Shown here: positions 29,283 to 38,687 of the stretch, in pieces
Numbering within the stretch: the stretch's first letter is position 1
Layout of the letters: every line of letters starts with the position of its first letter
Source of the DNA: an uncultured Gemmatimonadales bacterium
Lineage (GTDB): Bacteria > Gemmatimonadota > Gemmatimonadetes > Gemmatimonadales > GWC2-71-9
Assembly: GCA_963748815.1 (NCBI GenBank)
Contig: CAVVKJ010000010.1
Span: forward strand, 608,001-672,000
Direction: 5' to 3'
Length of the DNA stretch: 64,000 nucleotides
Position numbers and translations under genes: made by a program
The notes under the pieces: generated by a model
Database searches by the model: none
What the model was told of the DNA's origin: nothing
Seen by the model: only the letters and a program-made list of their open reading frames with translations

Positions 29283-30125
29283 ATGAAGAACATCACGGTC
29301 CCAATTGCCATCGGGCTTGCGGAACTCAGGACGCCTCTCGAGAAGAGCTATCGCAACACCTTCTACTGTGCCGGGCTGTTGGTCCAGGATAGGGATGGTA
29401 AGCTGCGGGGGCTATTTTGCGGCAATCGTTGGTGCTTGGTCTGTAGCCGGGTACGGAGTGCCAGGGGGATCGACAGATACATTCCGGTCATTTCCGCCTG
29501 GTCGGACCCGCAGTTCGTTACCCTGACCTTGCCCAATGTTCAAGCCGCTGAACTGGCCGCGACCATTGCCCAGATGCTCCGTGACATACTTGCAATTGGC
29601 AGAGCGATCAAGCGGACAGACAAACTGCCCTTGCAGGCGTTGCGGAAGTTGGAATGCACCTACAACGCACAAGTAGGATCCTATCACCCCCATTTTCATC
29701 TCGTGGTAGGGGGAAGAAAAGTCGCTGAGGCGATGGTTAGGAGATGGCTGGCGCTCCACCCTGATGCATCTCCCGCCGCACAAGATATCCGGCCATGCGA
29801 CCTGAACTCCATGAAGGAGATGTTCAAATACTTCACCAAACTACTTGCCAAGGACTCCGGTGCGGAAACCCGCCGTTCCGTTGCTCCGCTCCATGCGCTG
29901 GACGTGATCTTCACTGCGATAAAGGGGAAGCGCGTCTTTCAGCCGATGGGATTTAAGGTGAACGTCCCCCCGGCTCAGGACGACAACGCTGAAATCGGGC
30001 AACTGTCAGGTACCGTCTCACCAACGCGTCGGGGAGAAAAGGTGGCTTGGGAGTGGGTCCAGGGTCTACACGACTGGATAGACCTTGAGACAGGCGATGC
30101 GTTGTCCGGCTTCGAGGGAGTGTGA
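29283..30125 (+). CDS. rep: Rolling-circle replication initiator (Rep_1/pC194-like HUH endonuclease); frame is open from 28875, so the true start may be upstream
   Basis: CGNRWCLVC Zn motif; motif I FVTLTLPN; motif II YHPHFHLVV; motif III EMFKYFTK. Confidence 0.88.
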   Translation: MKNITVPIAIGLAELRTPLEKSYRNTFYCAGLLVQDRDGKLRGLFCGNRWCLVCSRVRSARGIDRYIPVISAWSDPQFVTLTLPNVQAAELAATIAQMLRDILAIGRAIKRTDKLPLQALRKLECTYNAQVGSYHPHFHLVVGGRKVAEAMVRRWLALHPDASPAAQDIRPCDLNSMKEMFKYFTKLLAKDSGAETRRSVAPLHALDVIFTAIKGKRVFQPMGFKVNVPPAQDDNAEIGQLSGTVSPTRRGEKVAWEWVQGLHDWIDLETGDALSGFEGV

Positions 30126-30205
30126 CTCGCGCTGCAGGCTTCCCAGCAGCCACTTCCGTATTGGCTACAACCTTGAGCCCCATCCATACGTTGCCGTGGA
30201 ACGCA

Positions 30206-30919
30206 TCATTTTTGGCGAAAGTGATCTTCGCGGTATTTTGAGAAGTAGTACAGTACTGATCGTTCCGCTATGTCCTTCATTACATCCGCCATTTCGGCAA
30301 CGGTCCACTTCTCCGGCCTGAAATAGAAACTGCCACGATTGAACTTTCCGGCCTCCTCATTGTGCAGATATGTCGTATTCAACTTGCCAAACATGGCCAT
30401 CGTACTGACTCGGTCCAGAATCGACGAGTCCGCTTCAAAATCGCAACCGTAGCCGAAGCACACGAAAGGGAAGATACTTTCGCGCATGAGTGCTGCTCGA
30501 AGCCCAACAAGGTTCTTCCCCAGACGCTCTATCGCGTTTCCTCTTGCCTGCTTCTGAAGCCCTTCCTTTTCGCGAAGATCGTTTGTTCCCTGGTTTTTTA
30601 CTTCAGCAATCAGGAGAGGGTACGACAATGAGTCGCCCGGCTTTCCTTTCATGTAGAGGAAACCACCATCTGGACGAATCGAACTCGTGTCGAAATGGTA
30701 GTGGAAGGTCACATCAGGGTAACTCTGCCTGAGCTCGGCAACGATGTTCTTTAGGTACCACTGACTTTCATGGACTAGGCCAATGCGCTGTCCGAACTTG
30801 GCGTCGAGATGTGCGATCACAATCGCCAATGCTCTCATGACATCAGACTCTTGCTTCTTCGATGTCGTATTGATGACCGTGCCGGCCCGCTGAGTTCTGA
30901 GTTGGTGCTTGCGCGCCAT
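30206..30919 (-). CDS. EcoRI-family type II restriction endonuclease
   Basis: SIRPDGG, IAEVKNQG and GNAIER parallel the EcoRI PD..EAK and NAIER motifs; RBS GGAGG. Confidence 0.85.
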   Translation of the reverse strand: MARKHQLRTQRAGTVINTTSKKQESDVMRALAIVIAHLDAKFGQRIGLVHESQWYLKNIVAELRQSYPDVTFHYHFDTSSIRPDGGFLYMKGKPGDSLSYPLLIAEVKNQGTNDLREKEGLQKQARGNAIERLGKNLVGLRAALMRESIFPFVCFGYGCDFEADSSILDRVSTMAMFGKLNTTYLHNEEAGKFNRGSFYFRPEKWTVAEMADVMKDIAERSVLYYFSKYREDHFRQK

Positions 30920-30923
30920 TCCC

Positions 30924-32108
30924 CTACCTCCGCTCCACCAAGAACAACTGCTCGGTGACATGGATTGAACGATTTGTAAAGTTCCTACTGCCCCTGAACG
31001 CGTTATAGCGAGTTTCGAGCACCTCCACCGTCCCGATTTCGCTGAGCATCGCCCTCATGGCTTCAGGTGAGATGAAGCCTTCATTGTTGAAGGAAATTAG
31101 TAGGTAGGGTGCATCGATTGAATGAAGCAAGCCCTCCAACAGTTTGGGCGACTTTGCCTTGACGTTGTAGCCGGATCGCCTCCAGTCCTGTGGGATACCG
31201 GACACCCGGCTGACTTGAGATGGTTCCTCATAAGCTACCAGCAGGTTGAGCATGAAATAATTTGAGCCGTACGGATGCTGGTTATACGGTGGGTCGATGT
31301 ATGCTAGATCGAGACCTTTAAGGAGGGGCGCCAACTCATTCGTGTCGCGTTGGAACACCTCATAATCACACTCGAAATTGCTGAGCACCGGCACATCGAG
31401 CTTGACCTCCCCCGTGATTCTGACGAGTGCGTCCGACCCACTACCCCCAAACTGGCCTATCTGCGTTTCACGATTCTTGTAGAAACCCTTGAATACGCCG
31501 GCAGTGTTGGCGTGAATTGAGGCACGGCTCAGGAGTGGGCCTAGGATAAGGTCCCTCATCTTCATCGGAGCTGAGTCAATCAGCCGCCGAAAGTTGTCGA
31601 GGCGACGCGCATTATCATTTGTGTAGAATACCCGGTCATCTTTGGTGATTGCCTCCTCATTCGCCGGTGAGTACAGGGTTTCAATAAACCCCTTCGGGAA
31701 AGGCTCGCTCAAGACGCGATCATTGAAGTCGTCGATCATTTCAGTCAGTGCAACTTGGTCGACCTCGCTTCGATTACTCAGGTAACAGCGCGATATGACC
31801 GCAGCGTAGTCCTCCATGTCGTTACACACTATGGACGAGGAGTGCGCCTTGAAATAGCGCGACACAACCCCAGACCCGCTAAACGCATCAAAGACGCGAA
31901 GCTTCGATTTTTTCAACCGATGCTTCACTCGCTCCACGGCAGTCCCGATCTGTCCGAGCAGGGCCCGCTTGTTGCCGATATAGGTCAACAGTTGGCGTGC
32001 CAGGTAGTCCGGATTCTCCGCACTTGAGTCCTGTGGCCACAGCACCGACTGTTGGCTTGAAATTGAAGCGTCGAGGATTCGGCGCATTTCGGCTGACGAC
32101 TCATCCAT
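30924..32108 (-). CDS. N6-adenine DNA methyltransferase (alpha class, D12-type)
   Basis: TYIGNKR, motif I DAFSGSGVVS, motif IV YIDPPYNQHPY. Confidence 0.9.
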   Translation of the reverse strand: MDESSAEMRRILDASISSQQSVLWPQDSSAENPDYLARQLLTYIGNKRALLGQIGTAVERVKHRLKKSKLRVFDAFSGSGVVSRYFKAHSSSIVCNDMEDYAAVISRCYLSNRSEVDQVALTEMIDDFNDRVLSEPFPKGFIETLYSPANEEAITKDDRVFYTNDNARRLDNFRRLIDSAPMKMRDLILGPLLSRASIHANTAGVFKGFYKNRETQIGQFGGSGSDALVRITGEVKLDVPVLSNFECDYEVFQRDTNELAPLLKGLDLAYIDPPYNQHPYGSNYFMLNLLVAYEEPSQVSRVSGIPQDWRRSGYNVKAKSPKLLEGLLHSIDAPYLLISFNNEGFISPEAMRAMLSEIGTVEVLETRYNAFRGSRNFTNRSIHVTEQLFLVERR

Positions 32109-32174
32109 CAATGACCCCTTGCATGCTATCAGATGCCATGGGTTGCTTGGTTCCACCGCATTCGAAAGGGCGCT

Positions 32175-32582
32175 TCAACCGACCACAGGTTGTCGGAGTT
32201 GCACCACCACATGCGCTGCCAATGCAGCGTAGGCTAGCGCCAAGAACACGAGCTTCAGGCGGAAGAGTCGATAGGGCCAGGTATCGAGGGAGGCTGGCTT
32301 GTGATACTCCCCTTCAATCGTGCCGGTCTCGGTATGTTGAGCTTTCTCTTGGGCCAGAAGCCAATTCCGCTGACCTACGGCAGCAAGCAGTGCCTGGGCC
32401 AAGTCGGAGCCGAAGAACAGGAATACGCTGAGAAGAGCCCAGAGTGCAGTTGGTGGAAACCTGCCATCTGCACTGCGAAAGATCCAACATATCGCCGCTG
32501 CGCCGAAGGCGAGTCGCCGAGTGAGCTCCGTGATGTCACGCGTATAATCTCGGTAATGGCCCCATGCCTCGGCGTTCTTCAT
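32175..32582 (-). CDS. Hypothetical 3-TM membrane protein
   Basis: 135-aa ORF with three hydrophobic segments, upstream of the MTase on the same strand. Confidence 0.7.
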   Translation of the reverse strand: MKNAEAWGHYRDYTRDITELTRRLAFGAAAICWIFRSADGRFPPTALWALLSVFLFFGSDLAQALLAAVGQRNWLLAQEKAQHTETGTIEGEYHKPASLDTWPYRLFRLKLVFLALAYAALAAHVVVQLRQPVVG

Positions 32583-32704
32583 GGCTTTGTTGGAGGAGTA
32601 GACCTCGTCCCTGGATTCCCCGTAGGTGCCGGTTTCCTGGGAGGAACCGATGGCGCAGGCGTGGTGGGCTTTGGCTGCTTGTCAATCGGGGCCGTATAAC
32701 TCAA
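32579..32704 (-). CDS. 41-aa proline-rich peptide (not in ORF track)
   Basis: GGGAGG then TTG start; (M)SYTAPIDKQPKPTTPAPSVPPRKPAPTGNPGTRSTPPTKP*; ATGA overlap with the next gene. Confidence 0.45.
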   Translation of the reverse strand: MSYTAPIDKQPKPTTPAPSVPPRKPAPTGNPGTRSTPPTKP

Positions 32705-32894
32705 TGGACACGCCCTCCCAGTTCCCAACGCATTGGTTCCCATCCGGCACGGCTCTTTGATCCAAAGTTCAACAATCCCTAGGCAGATCGCAAGTGCAAA
32801 TAAATGCGAGAGTTCCGAGGCTCAGCGACCTCGGGGAGGCCCATCGTCCGAGGGTCACCAACTTCGGCCAGAGTGTCCACCGAAAGACACGCTC

Positions 32895-32938
32895 TTGACA
32901 AGCTGAACACGCGGTTTAAGATATATTTAACCTTAAAC
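32895..32938 (+). promoter_or_regulatory. Sigma70-type promoter with overlapping inverted-repeat operator
   Basis: TTGACA-N16-TAAGAT; GTTTAAG (32914)-N11-CTTAAAC (32932). Confidence 0.65.
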
Positions 32939-32951
32939 AAAGCATAAGCCC

Positions 32952-33293
32952 ATGAGCTATTCCCAGCCGGACATGATCCGCGTCAGAGCGGCGATCGAAC
33001 GGGGACTGAAGGTGGAGTTCTGGTGGACCGGGCTTCCTGGCGAACGAGGAGCGAAAGTGGTCAAGGTCGATGAGCATGGCATGCGGTGGACGCTAGACAT
33101 AGAGGCTACGCACTGGGTCACTCAGAAGATTGCGGCAGGGCTGCTAGGAGTGAGTGTCGTCACAATCAACAAATGGGTCCGTGAGGGAGTATTCCCGAAC
33201 AAGAAGATCAGGCGTGGGGTGTCCGTGATTCCGATTCGAGAGGTGGAGAAACTCGCCAATTCGCGTGGCCTCTTCTTGCGAAGCAAACAATAG
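32952..33293 (+). CDS. Helix-turn-helix DNA-binding protein (MerR/Xis-like C-terminal HTH)
   Basis: VTQKIAAGLLGVSVVTINKWVREG motif. Confidence 0.75.
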   Translation: MSYSQPDMIRVRAAIERGLKVEFWWTGLPGERGAKVVKVDEHGMRWTLDIEATHWVTQKIAAGLLGVSVVTINKWVREGVFPNKKIRRGVSVIPIREVEKLANSRGLFLRSKQ

Positions 33294-33340
33294 TCATCAA
33301 CAGGCCTAAATGGACTACGGCCAGAAGGGAGGTGATATGA

Positions 33341-33478
33341 GTGCCGACGAAAACTGAGTTGGAAGCCCAAAACGATGAACTTCGCGAACGGCTGGAAGCA
33401 GCCCGTGAGATCATCGATGACGCCCTCGGTCTCGAAGATGAGGACGACGACGACGACGAAGACGAAGACGACGACTGA
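33341..33478 (+). CDS. 45-aa highly acidic small protein (not in ORF track)
   Basis: RBS GGGAGGTG, GTG start; MPTKTELEAQNDELRERLEAAREIIDDALGLEDEDDDDDEDEDDD*. Confidence 0.65.
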   Translation: MPTKTELEAQNDELRERLEAAREIIDDALGLEDEDDDDDEDEDDD

Positions 33479-33590
33479 ATACGACAACGGGCTGCAACCG
33501 CTTAGCCATGGTGGCTTCGCAATTGCAACCCGCTCAACCTGCTGAACCGAGACACTGCGCCAACAGTGCCTCGGAGGGTACTGATTACTT

Positions 33591-33812
33591 ATGCCTTCCA
33601 ATATGGATTCCATCGCCGTCCCTGACAAGGCCCAAGGGGCTCTCCTCTCAGTTCGGGACGCTGCTTCCTATCTGAAGATGTCCGAGGGATGGCTCTCACA
33701 GAGCGACATCCCCTTTGTTCGGCTTGGTCGCAGTCGGCGTTACCGTCTGGTCGACCTCGATTCGCACATCGAGCAAAATCTTTCCCACCGACCAATACGG
33801 GGGCCCCGATGA
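33591..33812 (+). CDS. xis: Excisionase-like HTH protein
   Basis: LLSVRDAASYLKMS..IPFVRLGRSRRYRLVDL motif; ATGA overlap with the integrase. Confidence 0.8.
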   Translation: MPSNMDSIAVPDKAQGALLSVRDAASYLKMSEGWLSQSDIPFVRLGRSRRYRLVDLDSHIEQNLSHRPIRGPR

Positions 33813-34915
33813 GCAGCATCTATGTGCGCGGCAAGACCTGGTACGTCGCTGTCCCTACACGATCTGGGAAGTGGACGAAGTGGTCGACGGGCAGCCGCGA
33901 CAAGGCGATGGCGCAGCGGATGGCCCGGATGATTGACGACTTCGGCCCGAAGGGACAACGCGCCTGGGTCTTCTTGGATGCCGTATCCACCGGCCAACTG
34001 CCAGTGGCAGCGTTGTATGACGCGTACTCGGCCCGCCAGCTCGACCAGCTGAAGGAGGAGCTGACCGATGTTGACCTGGAGCCATACGTGGACAAGTGGT
34101 TGAAGGCCATCGAGAGCAACGTGGCAGTCGACACGATCCAGCATTACGGGCTATATGCGCGCTCACTATTCCGAGAGGGTACCCGCTTTCCGAGGTCAGC
34201 GCTCCGACACGAGAGGATCGTCGAGTGGCTCGGATCACGAAAGGTGGGTCGCTCCACCAAGCGGAAGTACCACGCCGCGCTGAGCAGTTTCTGTGAACAC
34301 CTGAAGGGGATCGGTATCCTTCAGCGGAATCCGATGCGGGACGTGAAGGCACCGTCCCCTGCCCCGGCCCGAATGAGCTACTTGAACCAGACAGACGTGG
34401 AGCGATTGATCGCTGCCCAGGCGCATCCCTACAACGTCCTTTCTACGCTGGTCCATGGCACCGGTATGGAGCTTTCGGTGGCATTGGGACTCAAGAAACG
34501 GGACATCGACCCTGTCCGACGAGAGATCCGAGCCAAGGGCACTAAGACCAAGTATCGGGACCGGCACGCGACTGTCGTCGATTGGGCCTGGCCGACCATT
34601 GAGCGTCATGCCGCCTTGCTAACTCCCAATGCGCCGCTCTTTCCAGGGATCAATCGCTGGACAGCCAGCGACAAGCACCGTGAGGCGTGCCTCGCTCTTG
34701 GGCTGGAGAATTATCAGCTCAAGGACTCCAGGCACACCTACGCCGTGAGGGCCATCCGTGGAGGCGCATCCTTTGAGTTTGTGGCTCGGCAATTGGGCCA
34801 TGCGGACACGACCATGGCGGTGAAGGTGTATGGACGATTCACCCCAACGGACAGTGAAAGGACCGATTGGGAGGAGAACGCAAGAGCCCAAGATGCCGCC
34901 AGAGCGCAGGCGTAA
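33809..34915 (+). CDS. int: Tyrosine recombinase/integrase
   Basis: Core-binding region STKRKYHAALSSF..RNP; SRHTYA; QLGHADTTMAVKVY with catalytic Tyr; adjacent to att/tRNA. Confidence 0.9.
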   Translation: MSSIYVRGKTWYVAVPTRSGKWTKWSTGSRDKAMAQRMARMIDDFGPKGQRAWVFLDAVSTGQLPVAALYDAYSARQLDQLKEELTDVDLEPYVDKWLKAIESNVAVDTIQHYGLYARSLFREGTRFPRSALRHERIVEWLGSRKVGRSTKRKYHAALSSFCEHLKGIGILQRNPMRDVKAPSPAPARMSYLNQTDVERLIAAQAHPYNVLSTLVHGTGMELSVALGLKKRDIDPVRREIRAKGTKTKYRDRHATVVDWAWPTIERHAALLTPNAPLFPGINRWTASDKHREACLALGLENYQLKDSRHTYAVRAIRGGASFEFVARQLGHADTTMAVKVYGRFTPTDSERTDWEENARAQDAARAQA

Positions 34916-34954
34916 CCAACTTCCTCCCCGGAGTTTCCCTTCGCAATTAGTACG

Positions 34955-35033
34955 AAAAGTCCGTGGAAAAAGTCCGGTAATTGCCCGGCAAAAGTCCGTC
35001 TAGCGATTTTGAAAAGTCCGGTGAAAAAGTCCG
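34955..35033 (+). repeat. Five direct 9-bp repeats AAAAGTCCG
   Basis: Copies start at 34955, 34968, 34990, 35012 and 35025. Confidence 0.85.
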
Positions 35034-35120
35034 TCAGGGCACTATTCCCCGGTTTACCACGCAGTGAGGGCAGGATGCCGATACTCGCAAAGCTTTGCAA
35101 TTCTTCAGCTCTTGGTACAC

Positions 35121-35154
35121 AAAAAACGGAAGCCCCTTCAGACTTCGAAGGGGC
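35121..35154 (-). terminator. Intrinsic terminator downstream of tRNA-Met, inside the element
   Basis: Minus strand reads GCCCCTTC-N7-GAAGGGGC then TTCCGTTTTTT. Confidence 0.7.
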
Positions 35155-35190
35155 ATCTCGTAACTCTTTGGCAATCATGAACCTACACGA

Positions 35191-35264
35191 TAGCAGGGGC
35201 GGGACTCGAACCCGCGACCCCGGCATTATGAGTGCCGTGCTCTAACCACCTGAGCTACCCTGCC
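35191..35264 (-). tRNA. tRNA with CAT anticodon (probably elongator Met; Ile2 not excluded); CCA not encoded
   Basis: GGCAGGGTAGCTCAGGTGGTTAGAGCACGGCACTCATAATGCCGGGGTCGCGGGTTCGAGTCCCGCCCCTGCTA folds as a cloverleaf. Confidence 0.93.
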
Positions 35265-35358
35265 AACAACAACAACTTGGGACTGAGGACTGAGCGTACG
35301 GGCACGCCGCGGCGTGCCCCGTACAGCGCGGCAATCCTAGCCGCGCGCGAGCCGGATA

Positions 35359-37721
<2,363 letters not shown>

Positions 37722-37725
<4 letters not shown>

Positions 37726-38687
37726 GCGAAGTGATCATGCCCGGAAAGCGCGACTGGTACCCCGGCGAAGGTGGCCGCGACGCCCGTCCCCCGCCGAATC
37801 CGGCCGATCCGCGTGAGCACCGTGCCGGTGTCCTGCTGGAACCGCCGGGCCTCGAGGTCGTCGAATCCCTTGGGCAGCGCGGCCAGGAGTTCGTAGTCTT
37901 CCCCGCCTCGCGCGGCAAAGGCCTGCACGGCGTCGCCCCGCGCGAGGGCGCAGGCCACCGCGTCGGGATGCACCGGGATCTGTTCCAGGTCGATCTCCAC
38001 CCGAACCTCCGACGCCGCCGCGAGGTGTCCGGCGTCTCCGCCGAGGCCGTCCGAAACGTCCAGCATCGCGTGGGCGCCATGCGCGGCCAGCCACCGCCCT
38101 TCGGCAATCCTCGGGACAGGATGCGCGAATCGCTCCCGTGCCCCCTGGGCCGGTTCGCTGCCTGACTCCCAGGCGTGGAGTGCGGCGCGCGCGCCGCCGA
38201 GGGTGCCCGTCACCCAGAGCACATCGCCGGGCCGCGCCTCGGAACGGCCGACTGGCCGCGCGGAACGGCCGACCACGGTGACGTCGGCCACCCATACGGG
38301 AGAGCGGGAAAGATCGCCGCCGAGGACCCGCCCACCCACGGCGGCAACCGCGGCGCCCACGCCGCGCATCAGGGCGACCAGATCGTCGGATGAGGCGTCG
38401 CGGGGGGCGCCGACGCTCGCGGTCAGCCCCACGACCTCGGCACCGGCCGCGGCCAGGTCGGAAAGCGCGGACGAGGCGGCCCGCCATCCGATCTCCTCGA
38501 GCGTGAGCCAGTCGCGGCGGAAGTGGACGCCTTCGACGCTCATGTCCGTGCTCAGCACGACTTCGCCGAACCCCGGTGGCAGGACGGCGCAGTCGTTGCC
38601 CAGCCCGGCAGCCGCGGGACCGAGCGCCGCCGCGATGGCCCGGATGCGCTCGAATTCTGCGCCGCCCCCCAGTGGAATGTCGGTCAC
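37722..38687 (-). CDS. thiL: Thiamine-phosphate kinase
   Basis: GNDCA, EGVHFR, SDLAAAG, DVSDGL and GGEDYEL motifs. Confidence 0.92.

Larger units (their letters stand above)
28826..35234. mobile_element. tRNA-Met-integrated element with integrase, excisionase, rolling-circle Rep and type II R-M
   Basis: 45-bp direct repeat boundaries; integrase next to the intact tRNA; visibly lower GC; gene content. Confidence 0.92.

Noticed and set aside
33337..33357. ATG-started 6-codon ORF after the RBS
   Set aside because: The ATG is too close to the RBS; the GTG at 33341 has better spacing and gives a protein-like product.
28826..35234. Prophage or ICE
   Set aside because: No virion, packaging, inovirus Zot-like, relaxase or conjugation genes are recognisable.
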